Origin: Patescibacteria group bacterium
GTDB taxonomy: Bacteria > Patescibacteriota > Minisyncoccia > UBA9983
Assembly: GCA_040752125.1 (NCBI GenBank)
Contig: JBFMFK010000004.1
Coordinates: 1-48,781 of the forward strand
Direction: 5' to 3'
Length of the DNA: 48,781 nt
The notes beneath the pieces were generated by a model. That model was given only the letters and a program-made list of their open reading frames with translations, searched no databases and was not told the origin of the DNA. Below are positions 1-8,754 of the stretch, one piece after another (the first letter of the stretch is position 1; every line of letters begins with the position of its first letter). A program made the translations under genes and the position numbers.

Positions 1-207
1 TATCGTAGGGCATCTTCATATAGCTTCACAAAGCCCCTGACGCCGGTATATACGCAATGAATATGATGATAAAAGGCCACAACTATTGCTTTCCTAAAGA
101 GTGCAATATGTATGTGGCCTTATGCAACTTGTGTATCTATTGGACAACGCATGGTTTGATTTAATTATTTTTTCTAAATACAAACCTGGCACCGCATGGT
201 TCTGGGA

Positions 208-278
208 CTGCCGGGCTTGGATTCGAACCAAGATACTGGGCTCCAAAGGCCCATGTCCTACCATTAGACGACCCGGCA
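208..278 (-). tRNA. tRNA-Gln(TTG)
   Basis: Minus strand folds as a cloverleaf: acceptor TGCCGGG/CCCGGCA, anticodon arm TGGGC-CTTTGGA-GCCCA, GGTTCGAATCC T-arm; CCA not encoded. Confidence 0.95.
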
Positions 279-284
279 ATAAAT

Positions 285-1205
285 TTATATCTTTTTCACA
301 AAATCTTGGATCATTGCCTCCGGCTCCATCAATTCAATTGCAAAAGGAATAGTAAAATAAAATGTCGTTCCCTTACCCTCATCTGATTCCGCCCAGATCT
401 TTCCTCCATGTGCCTCAATGATGTTTTTTGAAACATACAATCCCAAGCCTGTACCTTCTGTCTTAATACTGATTGCATTTTTTGCCCTAAAGAATCTCAT
501 AAATAATCTATATAAATCATCTTTGGGAATGCCGATTCCTGTATCTTTCACCGAAACCCTAGCAGAACTTCCGAAATTTTCAAGGGTTACTCTGACATTC
601 CCGCCTTCGGGAGTATAATTTAAAGCATTGTCTAGCAAGTTTTCCAAAACCATTCCTAATTTATATGCATCCGCCTCCACCTCAGGAAGTTGCTCTTCGG
701 GAGAATAAAATTCCAGATTGATTTTTTTCTGTTTCGCTACAAATGAAAATTTTCTGACAGCATCCATAACTATATTTTCTATCGGCAGCTTCGCAAATTT
801 ATATCCAAAATAAGCATCCTCTGATTTTTCTACATTTAAAAGAGAGTTTACAACCTCCACCATTTTATCATTAGCATCAAAGGCTGTATGAAGAATCTCC
901 TTTTGAGTATCATTAACATTTCCTACATCGCCGTTAATTACAGACTGCAAAGCCCATTTTATTTTTGTCAGCGGAGTCCTTAATTGGTGCGCCACGGTGG
1001 TGATAAACTCCGTCTTCATTCTTTCTGTCTCAATGAATTCTTTTGCCGATTTCTCAGATTTTAATTTTTCCAATTCAAGAGAAGAATTCTGCTTTTTTAA
1101 TTTTATTATTTTAAAAATTAATAGAGATAAGAAAATTAACAAAACTGCCAGAACTGTCAAAAGAACACTTTTGTTCAAATTTAAAATAAGATTAGTAAGT
1201 AGCAT
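285..1205 (-). CDS. Membrane-anchored sensor histidine kinase (HisKA + HATPase)
   Basis: N-terminal TM helix, H-box VAHQLRTPL, N-box NLLDNA, G1 DTGIGI, G2 GTGLGL. Confidence 0.93.
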   Translation of the reverse strand: MLLTNLILNLNKSVLLTVLAVLLIFLSLLIFKIIKLKKQNSSLELEKLKSEKSAKEFIETERMKTEFITTVAHQLRTPLTKIKWALQSVINGDVGNVNDTQKEILHTAFDANDKMVEVVNSLLNVEKSEDAYFGYKFAKLPIENIVMDAVRKFSFVAKQKKINLEFYSPEEQLPEVEADAYKLGMVLENLLDNALNYTPEGGNVRVTLENFGSSARVSVKDTGIGIPKDDLYRLFMRFFRAKNAISIKTEGTGLGLYVSKNIIEAHGGKIWAESDEGKGTTFYFTIPFAIELMEPEAMIQDFVKKI

Positions 1206-1207
1206 AA

Positions 1208-2248
1208 TTATTGTCTTGATGTAATTTTAATAACTGCCAGTTCTAACGGGATTTGAGGAAGATAAGAATTTCGCGATTCATAGGCGTCAAGAAGAATCTT
1301 CAGAATAGATTCTAATTCAATTGGCAAAAGCGCATCATTGTATTTTTTTACGAAACTAAATTCTCTGTCACCCAATATCTTCTTAAGATTATCTGAATTT
1401 TTCGGCGCTAGATGCAAAAGAAGCATAGATCTAATATCTCTTAAAATAAGCTTCAAGAACATTCTTATATCTAGATTACCTTCCGATGCTTTTTGAATAA
1501 TATCTATTCCCTCTTCAATATTTTTTTCTATTAATGATATTATCAGATTTTCTACCATTTCTCTAGGGGGCGCTGATAAGAAATTTCTCACCTCTCCCCC
1601 ATTTATTTTTTTATCATTATTTTTGTCTCCTAAAGACAAAATCTGATCAAGCAAACCCTCGGCATCACGAAACGAACCATCGGCAAACAAGGCAATAAGG
1701 CCAGCAGCTTCATCATCAATCTCAAAACCTTCTTTTTTGGCAATGGAAGAAATGGATTTTCTCAAAATATTTTCAGGAATTTTTCGGAAAGAAAAATTCT
1801 GACATCTTGAGATAATTGTTTCTGGCACTTTATCAATCTCTGTTGTAGCTAAAATAAAAACAGCATGACTGGGCGGTTCCTCAAGGGTTTTTAAAAGGGC
1901 GTTAAAGGCCTCTTTTGTCAGCATATGCACTTCATCAATTATATATACCTTCACTTTGCCTTGGAGAGGCACAAAATACACTGATTCACGCAATGCTCTG
2001 ATATCATCTATCCCGCGTGAAGAGGCAGCATCTATCTCTATCAAATCAACATCTGCACATCCAATCTCTTTGGCTAAGATTCTTGCCACGCTTGTCTTGC
2101 CTGTCCCGCGCGAACCAGCAAAAAGATAGGCGTGCGAGACTCTATTAAACTTGACTGCATTTCTAAGGATAGTCACGATATGGTCTTGTCCCAAAACCTC
2201 TTCAAAAGTCTGTGGCCTATATTTTCTGTACAGTGCCAACTTGCTCAT
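1208..2248 (-). CDS. dnaX: DNA polymerase III subunit gamma/tau (short form)
   Basis: LYRKYRPQTF start, Walker A GSRGTGKT, EIDAAS, IIDEVHML, SRC motif. Confidence 0.96.
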   Translation of the reverse strand: MSKLALYRKYRPQTFEEVLGQDHIVTILRNAVKFNRVSHAYLFAGSRGTGKTSVARILAKEIGCADVDLIEIDAASSRGIDDIRALRESVYFVPLQGKVKVYIIDEVHMLTKEAFNALLKTLEEPPSHAVFILATTEIDKVPETIISRCQNFSFRKIPENILRKSISSIAKKEGFEIDDEAAGLIALFADGSFRDAEGLLDQILSLGDKNNDKKINGGEVRNFLSAPPREMVENLIISLIEKNIEEGIDIIQKASEGNLDIRMFLKLILRDIRSMLLLHLAPKNSDNLKKILGDREFSFVKKYNDALLPIELESILKILLDAYESRNSYLPQIPLELAVIKITSRQ

Positions 2249-2307
2249 TGGCTTTCATTTTACCAAAATTTCTCTTTTTCTTCTATTCTATTGCACCATT
2301 GCACCGA

Positions 2308-2336
2308 TTGCACCGACCCTACGGGTCGGTTATAAT
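2308..2336 (+). promoter_or_regulatory. Sigma70-type promoter of RAYT-1, with the palindrome as its spacer
   Basis: TTGCAC (2308-2313), 17-nt spacer, TATAAT (2331-2336), ATG at 2343. Confidence 0.7.
2312..2330. repeat. REP-like palindrome A, upstream copy (ACCGACCC-TAC-GGGTCGGT)
   Basis: 8-bp perfect arms; identical copy at 2963-2981. Confidence 0.92.
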
Positions 2337-2342
2337 AAAAAT

Positions 2343-2958
2343 ATGGTAACAATAAGAAAAGAAGTATTTGTGCCGGGAGAATATTATCATGTCTTTAGCC
2401 GCACGATAATTAATACTCCTGAATTTCAAAATAATTCAAGTGCTAGAAGACTGTTAATGGCTTTTTTGATTGCCAACTCTACAAAATCATCGGACGGATT
2501 TCAGTTTTTGAGAAATAATAAAGATGCCACACTTAAGGATATAAAATGGAATCACGAATTTTATCCTGAAATGTAATACTTCAATCGCAAAATATATTAA
2601 TATCAAAAATAATAGAAAAGGACCTCTTTTTGAAGATACATTTAAAGCAAAACATATAGATTCAAATGAATATTTACTTCATCTTTCTGTGTATATTCAT
2701 TTAAATCCTTTGGATTTTCTTGTCAATAAGAACTGGAGAATTCATAAATTAAAAGATTGGAATTCAGCCAAAAAGAAATTGCTTAATTATCCTTGGACAA
2801 GCATAAAGGCGTTTCTTGTAAAAAATCATCAGGATCTAATTTTATCCGACTTAGACATATTAAAACAACAATTTTCTAATGAAAAAGAATATGAGTCTTT
2901 TCTGCAAAGTTGGTCAATAGAATCAGCGGATAAAATGGAGAATTTTATCCTTGAATAG
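2343..2958 (+). pseudogene. REP-associated tyrosine (HUH/Y1) transposase, internally deleted and frameshifted
   Basis: N-part GEYYHVFSR and C-part KCNTSIAKYIN...YIHLNP are colinear with the ORF at 37228; about 32 codons including the HUH motif are missing at a frameshifted junction near 2545. Confidence 0.85.
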
Positions 2959-3604
2959 TTTCACCGACCCTACGGGTCGGTTTAGTGTCGAAGACGATGA
3001 ATTTGTAACCGATGAAATTCCAAAAGAGAGCGGCTATTGCCGCTATCATAGCAGAAAACTGTGCCCAAGTTTTTAAGGGCATTCCTCCAAATGGGTTTAT
3101 TATATTCACAAAAACATAATCTACTCCTAAATTGATTAAAAGACCAATGATACTAACTGTTGCAAATTGAAAAAACTCCTTACTGACACTTTCTGTACTA
3201 ACACGTTTGAAGGTCCAAAATTTATTCCATAAATAACTATTGATAACTGCTACTGAAAAAGAAATTCCTTTAAACCCTGACTGAGTCAGCCCTCCTGATA
3301 TACTAGTGTAAAAAACTAAGAAATTCAAAATACCCATATCAATTAAAAAATTTAACCCGCCGACTAAAAAAAATTTGGCAAATTGATAGATAAGAGGAAT
3401 TGCCTTGCTTAACAAATAAGCGAGAAAAAAACCAGCAACGCAAAGGAGCGGGAATACTAGTGGTAAATAGTTCAAATAATGTAAAGCGACCCCAATACCC
3501 GGCACTTCAATGGCAAGATTGCGAGCAATCAAAATCATTAGCCAGGCTGCTGCTTCGCCGATGATAGCTGCCAAAAGTAAATCAAGTTTTTTTATTTTTG
3601 ACAT
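2945..3604 (-). CDS. GtrA-family membrane protein (putative lipid-glycan flippase)
   Basis: QFAKFFLVGGLNFLID, NSYLWNKFWTF, WNFIGYKFIVF motifs; multiple TM helices. Confidence 0.88.
   Translation of the reverse strand: MSKIKKLDLLLAAIIGEAAAWLMILIARNLAIEVPGIGVALHYLNYLPLVFPLLCVAGFFLAYLLSKAIPLIYQFAKFFLVGGLNFLIDMGILNFLVFYTSISGGLTQSGFKGISFSVAVINSYLWNKFWTFKRVSTESVSKEFFQFATVSIIGLLINLGVDYVFVNIINPFGGMPLKTWAQFSAMIAAIAALFWNFIGYKFIVFDTKPTRRVGETIQG
2963..2981. repeat. REP-like palindrome A, downstream copy
   Basis: Identical to 2312-2330, same orientation; lies within the GtrA 3' end. Confidence 0.92.
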
Positions 3605-3621
3605 AAATTGATAAAAGATAA

Positions 3622-3648
3622 GGGCCTCTTGCTTTAAACAAGAGGCTC
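3622..3648 (-). terminator. Probable intrinsic terminator
   Basis: GCCTCTTG/CAAGAGGC stem followed by a T-rich tail on the minus strand, directly after the stop at 3648. Confidence 0.55.
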
Positions 3649-3857
3649 TAGGCTAAAAATTGGGCAAGTTCTTCTAAAACTATCTGGTCGATCTCTTGAG
3701 TAGTCAAATGGATGTAATTATAGAAAAAAGAGCAATCATAACCATCGCATCCAAAAAGCACTTTTGGGCAAATCTTGATTTGATTTTCTGTCCCTATTAC
3801 AAAAGTAATAATATTTTTTTGAGCGTATTGACAAAAAAATTCTTCTCCTTTTTTCAT
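3648..3857 (-). CDS. Small hypothetical protein
   Basis: 69-aa ORF with strong SD-like GGGGGGTGA, upstream TATAAT and its own terminator. Confidence 0.65.
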   Translation of the reverse strand: MKKGEEFFCQYAQKNIITFVIGTENQIKICPKVLFGCDGYDCSFFYNYIHLTTQEIDQIVLEELAQFLA

Positions 3858-3937
3858 CAGCTCACCCCCCTTTTTTAAGATCTATTTATATTATAAACTT
3901 CTTAAAGAAGTAATACAGGTCTGATTGTGGATAAGAT

Positions 3938-6337
3938 TTATTGATAGCGTCTGTTAATATCTTCTTCAATTTCTAAACGAGGACGGCCATATTTAAGGGA
4001 AGAAATTCCAATGATTTTTTCAGCCAGGGCTGAATTCCCTTTTTGAAATGGCAAAGTTTTTATATTGAAAGGTCTTGAAGTCTGGCCGTCAATAAGAATT
4101 TTAAGATAAGCATTGTAATTGTCCAGATTTATGAGGTCTTGTGCATTAAAAATTGGCGCAAATTGCTTCTCAACGAACTCCGCATCTTCTGATCCTATTC
4201 TGAAGCAGGCGATTGATCCAACATTGCCAAAGACAGACTTCTTTATATTTTCGTCGAGCTGACCGATAAACTGATGGGCAATGGCAAGATTTAATCTATA
4301 TTTTCTTGCCTCTGATAAAATTGTAGAAATGGAATCAGTGGTAATATTCTGGAATTCATCAATGTAAAGATAAAAATCTTTTCTTGATTCTTCCGGAATG
4401 TCCACCCTAGATAAAGATGCCATTAGCAATTTGCCCACCATTATCAAACCTATTAATTTTGAATTAATATCGCCGAGCCTACCCTTAGAAAGATTAATTA
4501 AAAGGATTCTCCCTTCATCCATTATCTCTCTAAAATTAAAGGCAGATTTTTCCTGGGCGATGATAGGTCTCATAATCTCATTTGTGAGAAAGGTATCAAA
4601 TTTACTAGTAATGTATGGTGCAATGTTCTGCAATCCAGCTTCTCCACTAGCTTTTTCTGCCACATTCCTCCAGAAGGCAACGACAACAGGATTTCTGCAT
4701 CGAGATAATTTATGATCCCTGAAATTCTTATCACTTAAAACGCGCGGAATCTCTAAAAGTGTATTTCCAGAAACCGGATCTTCCATTACTAGAAGAACTG
4801 AATTCTGATAATACTGCTCAAACATCGGTCCGAAGGCCTCGGGTATATCCTTCCAGATTTTTCTGAAAATTCCATAAAGTTCATGAGCAATAAAAGTTTT
4901 CTGTTCAGGATAATTAGCATTATATTCAAGTATATTTAATCCCATCGGTCTTGAAATTTCTGAGGGGTCAAAATAGATTACATCTTCAATTCTCTCTTGG
5001 GGAATTCTTGCCAATATATCCTGTAGGTCTGAACCATGGGGATCAATAAAACAAATGCCCTTGCCGTTTTCTATGTCCTGAACAGCCATATTCTTCAACA
5101 TGGCTGATTTACCTGTGCCTGTCTGACCGATAACATAGAAATGTCTCCTTCTATCATCATCTTTAATATAGATCTTTTTTTCTTCGCCTCGGTAAATATT
5201 TCTTCCTATCAATAATCCGCTAGAAGGCAGATTTAATGGCGGAGCTGATTCTTTTGTTTTCACATATTTCAGTTGCGGTGCCACAGAAGAACCGAATTCT
5301 AAAGGAAAATGAAAAACAGAGGCTAGTTCTGCAACGTTTAAATGAATGGCATCTTTTTTATTAATGATCCTAAAAGAAAATTCGTAAAAAAGATTTTTCA
5401 GCTTTTTTCCTGATAAGCGTTTAAACCAGAAGTCATTGCCATGCGGCTCATTGAATTGCAAAAAGGCACTTTCCAGCTCTGAAAGGATAGATTGGGCCCG
5501 TTGCCTATTTTCTGCTGAAACTAACAGACGAATATTGGCAGACATTATTTGACGTGATGATTTAGATTCCAAAAGCTTAACTATTTCTTCATCTACTGTT
5601 TTTGAAGATTCTTGTTTGGTATCTTTTTTCATATCCGGCGAAGAAACCCATCCCTTTCCTTCTTTGACCAGTGCCTCTCCAAATCCTTTGGGTTTTATTG
5701 CTTCATAAAATTTCTCTCCTTCTTTCATTCTTGAAGCGACTTTTTTCACATGTTCGGTATGCAATCTTTTGCTAGCAGAGACGATTATCTGCAACGATGC
5801 TCCTTCACCTTCAGTTTTTAATTTGGAAAAAGTGTTGATGATAACCTGTAAAGGATCAGTCTCAAATTTGTCGTAAGTTTTGATGGGTAAAAAATCATCT
5901 TTCTTAAATTGCGCCACTGAACCCAAAGAATATCCCTGCGGCTTAAAAATGTTATAATCTTCTTTTTTAACAATAACTTTAACATCTGGGAAAAATCCAT
6001 GAATCTGTTTTTCAAAAATCTGGCTATTGTTTCTATCAACTGCAGTGTAAAAGACAATCTCATCACCTGTGAATGGCAAACCAATCTCTAAAACAAAATA
6101 CTGACCGGCCGTAGTCATACCAGTATAAAATTGTTCCATTGCAGCAATCAACTCTTTAAAGTCTTTTTTGTCTTCTTTTCCGCCTTCCTGCGGGAAGGTA
6201 ATCTCGTACAAAATTAAGTTCAGAGCATTATGAAGTTTTGATCTGGCGCCCAACCGAAAAATAAAAAACCAAGCAATTATTGCAGAGATTAAGGTAAGAA
6301 TTAAAATACCGAATAAATAGAATATTAAATTAAACAT
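3938..6337 (-). CDS. VirD4/TrwB-like (type IV coupling protein family) P-loop ATPase
   Basis: N-terminal TM, RRHFYVIGQTGTGKS, FIDPHG, YIDEFQN, SEARKY, AHQFIGQL. Confidence 0.88.
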   Translation of the reverse strand: MFNLIFYLFGILILTLISAIIAWFFIFRLGARSKLHNALNLILYEITFPQEGGKEDKKDFKELIAAMEQFYTGMTTAGQYFVLEIGLPFTGDEIVFYTAVDRNNSQIFEKQIHGFFPDVKVIVKKEDYNIFKPQGYSLGSVAQFKKDDFLPIKTYDKFETDPLQVIINTFSKLKTEGEGASLQIIVSASKRLHTEHVKKVASRMKEGEKFYEAIKPKGFGEALVKEGKGWVSSPDMKKDTKQESSKTVDEEIVKLLESKSSRQIMSANIRLLVSAENRQRAQSILSELESAFLQFNEPHGNDFWFKRLSGKKLKNLFYEFSFRIINKKDAIHLNVAELASVFHFPLEFGSSVAPQLKYVKTKESAPPLNLPSSGLLIGRNIYRGEEKKIYIKDDDRRRHFYVIGQTGTGKSAMLKNMAVQDIENGKGICFIDPHGSDLQDILARIPQERIEDVIYFDPSEISRPMGLNILEYNANYPEQKTFIAHELYGIFRKIWKDIPEAFGPMFEQYYQNSVLLVMEDPVSGNTLLEIPRVLSDKNFRDHKLSRCRNPVVVAFWRNVAEKASGEAGLQNIAPYITSKFDTFLTNEIMRPIIAQEKSAFNFREIMDEGRILLINLSKGRLGDINSKLIGLIMVGKLLMASLSRVDIPEESRKDFYLYIDEFQNITTDSISTILSEARKYRLNLAIAHQFIGQLDENIKKSVFGNVGSIACFRIGSEDAEFVEKQFAPIFNAQDLINLDNYNAYLKILIDGQTSRPFNIKTLPFQKGNSALAEKIIGISSLKYGRPRLEIEEDINRRYQ

Positions 6338-6722
6338 TATGAGACTGTATGAAAGGTATTAAGGCATCATGAAATTCATCTTCAAGATGGGGATCATTGA
6401 TATCTCTAACAATAGAGATTGCATTTAAAATTCCCTTATCCTGTGCAATCCGCAGAAGTTCTTGGATGTGTCTTTGATGTTCTGGTTCAGTACTTAAATT
6501 GATTATATTTTCCTTGTGTTTTTCTGCTTCTTCTTTAGATATCTGCAATTCTTTTGACAGTAAATTCTCAGGAGATTTTTCTGAATGCTCCTTGATCACC
6601 TCTTTTATTATCTCACCTTTACCTTTATCAGGAGAAATTCTTTCCAGTTCAGCTATCCTTTTTTTTAGTATCTCAATCTCCTCCTGCGATGATCCTATTT
6701 TATTTTCTCCCTCAATCTGCAT
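6330..6722 (-). CDS. Hypothetical protein coupled to the ATPase gene
   Basis: 130-aa ORF, overlaps ATPase start by 8 nt; C-terminal DPHLEDEFHDAL. Confidence 0.75.
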   Translation of the reverse strand: MQIEGENKIGSSQEEIEILKKRIAELERISPDKGKGEIIKEVIKEHSEKSPENLLSKELQISKEEAEKHKENIINLSTEPEHQRHIQELLRIAQDKGILNAISIVRDINDPHLEDEFHDALIPFIQSHNV

Positions 6723-6725
6723 GGA

Positions 6726-6998
6726 TTATAATTTTTTTCTTAAGGCTTCTTCTATTTTATCTATCTTCTCTTTTGATATTCCATGAACACTTTTATTTTT
6801 TCTCATCCATTCTATTCCTTTTTTCACTTCTTCTGCATCGATGCCGCCAAAGCCGCTGGATTCATCGAGATCTCCTCTAAAAATCTCTTTGACCTTGTTT
6901 CTTTGCAATTTTGAAAGACCCTTGACGCTTAAAAACGACTCAACCTCTTTGAATTCTTTACTTGATACTTTTGGTTTATTTGGCTCGAAAATACCCAT
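6726..6998 (-). CDS. Hypothetical protein
   Basis: 90-aa ORF, co-oriented and 3 nt from the next gene. Confidence 0.7.
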   Translation of the reverse strand: MGIFEPNKPKVSSKEFKEVESFLSVKGLSKLQRNKVKEIFRGDLDESSGFGGIDAEEVKKGIEWMRKNKSVHGISKEKIDKIEEALRKKL

Positions 6999-7133
6999 GT
7001 TATTAAAATTATTTTTTAAAATATTCCTCGACCAGATTTATATTAAATATTATAAGAAAAAATCTTTGCCAATCAAAGTAAATTATACACAGTTCTGGGG
7101 ATTTTAACGGTTTGCTGTGTTAAAATCCCATTA

Positions 7134-8753
7134 ATGCAAAAAAGAGTATTTTTTTTTCTTATTCTCATCATTGCCACAGCGGCATTTTTTCGCTGGTGGC
7201 ACTTCTCCACTATCCCCCCCGGCCTCTATCCTGACGAGGCCATGAATGGCAACAATGCTCTAGAAGCCATCAAGACTGGAAATTACAAAGTTTTTTATCC
7301 TGAAAACAATGGCCGCGAAGGATTGTTTATCAACATTCAATCTTTATCAGTAAGAATTTTCGGCAATGAACCCTGGGCATTAAGATTGGTCAGCACTATC
7401 TTTGGCATCTTAACGGTCTTGGGAATATTTTTCCTGACAAGAGAATTGTTCAAAAAAGATTCCGTAGCTCTTTTTGCTTCATTCTTTCTTGCCACGAGTT
7501 TTTGGCACATTAATTTTTCACGCATCGGCTTCCGGGCCATTATGGCACCAGCGTTTTTAGTTTTCTCCTTCTGGTTATTGTTTAAGACTATCAACAAAAC
7601 TAAAAACGCAAATTCAAATAATCAAGAAACAAATTCCGAAAATTGGTTATTGTCTCTTGGTGATTGGTTATTGCCAATCCTTTCAGGATTGCTCTTTGGC
7701 CTTGGTTTCCACTCTTATATTGCCTATCGTATTGCCCCACTTCTGCTTGTTCTACCGTTTTTACTTCTAATAAAAAACAAAAATTATAAGCCAATTATCC
7801 TATTTCTTCTTGGCGCATTTATTGCCGGACTGCCCCTTGGTTTTTATTATCTAAACAATCCCCAGGATTTTTTCGGCAGAACATCGCAGGTATCAATTTT
7901 TTCAACTGAGTTTCCTCTATATGAACTCGGAAAAAATATTTTTTTAACAATTGGAATGTTCTTCTTTAGTGGCGATAGTAATTGGCGCCACAATTTCGCA
8001 GGCGCTCCCGAACTCTGGTGGCCCCTAGCGATATCGTTTCTGATTGGTTTTATAATAAGTATAAAAAAATTACGTGTTATGAGTTACGGATTACTCATTG
8101 CTTGGTTTGTAATTATGCTCCTTCCAGTCATCATTTCTTCAGAAGGTATTCCCCATGCTCTTCGAGCAATCGTAATCATTCCTCCAACAATGATAATTGC
8201 CGCACTTGGATTCAATTGGCTGATTGAAAAAATTAATCAGCAACTTGATGCACGGATCATAAAATTCCCAGATTCAAAAAATCAACTTTTGCGCATAAAA
8301 AAAGAAGGGAAGATTCTTATTTTTGCAGTACTTTTTGCAATTGGCCTTAATACATTTAGTCAATATTTCTTAAGATGGGCTTATAATCCGAATGTTTATT
8401 ATGCCTTTGCTGGAAACTATGCGGAGATCGGAAGATATTTAAATAAAAATCAGAATGATGCAAAAAAATATGTTATAATAAACGCCAATGGAGTTGATGT
8501 CAGGGGTGTGCCAATGCCTTCCCAAACAATAATGTTTCTGACAGACACTTTTTTGCAAGAACAGCAAAGACAAAAAAATATCTATTATATTCTTCCGCAG
8601 AACCTTGATATCTTTATTGAAGTGGCAAAAAAAGAAAAAAATATAGAAATTTACATGCTTGAAATTGATAATATGTTGAGGAAAAAACTTGCAGATAATA
8701 TATCCGGCCTTACTACTTATCCTCTAGATGGAGTCTTAATGCAAAAAAAATAA
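7134..8753 (+). CDS. ArnT/PMT-like (GT-C fold) membrane glycosyltransferase
   Basis: PPGLYPDEA acidic motif after first TM, ALRLVS, WHINFSR, many TM helices. Confidence 0.85.
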   Translation: MQKRVFFFLILIIATAAFFRWWHFSTIPPGLYPDEAMNGNNALEAIKTGNYKVFYPENNGREGLFINIQSLSVRIFGNEPWALRLVSTIFGILTVLGIFFLTRELFKKDSVALFASFFLATSFWHINFSRIGFRAIMAPAFLVFSFWLLFKTINKTKNANSNNQETNSENWLLSLGDWLLPILSGLLFGLGFHSYIAYRIAPLLLVLPFLLLIKNKNYKPIILFLLGAFIAGLPLGFYYLNNPQDFFGRTSQVSIFSTEFPLYELGKNIFLTIGMFFFSGDSNWRHNFAGAPELWWPLAISFLIGFIISIKKLRVMSYGLLIAWFVIMLLPVIISSEGIPHALRAIVIIPPTMIIAALGFNWLIEKINQQLDARIIKFPDSKNQLLRIKKEGKILIFAVLFAIGLNTFSQYFLRWAYNPNVYYAFAGNYAEIGRYLNKNQNDAKKYVIINANGVDVRGVPMPSQTIMFLTDTFLQEQQRQKNIYYILPQNLDIFIEVAKKEKNIEIYMLEIDNMLRKKLADNISGLTTYPLDGVLMQKK

Positions 8754-8754
8754 T

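Noticed and set aside
94-352. ORFs 94-279 and 101-352
   Set aside because: They overlap tRNA-Gln and show no recognisable motifs; I could not assign any gene to 1-207
2535-2580. Programmed frameshift in RAYT-1
   Set aside because: The junction coincides with loss of about 32 codons including the HUH motif, so shifting would not restore function
3938-6337. Integrative conjugative element
   Set aside because: No integrase, relaxase, VirB4 or att-like repeats visible
3926-7091. Replication origin suggested by DnaA boxes
   Set aside because: Boxes are isolated singletons kilobases apart; no cluster, dnaA or dnaN nearby
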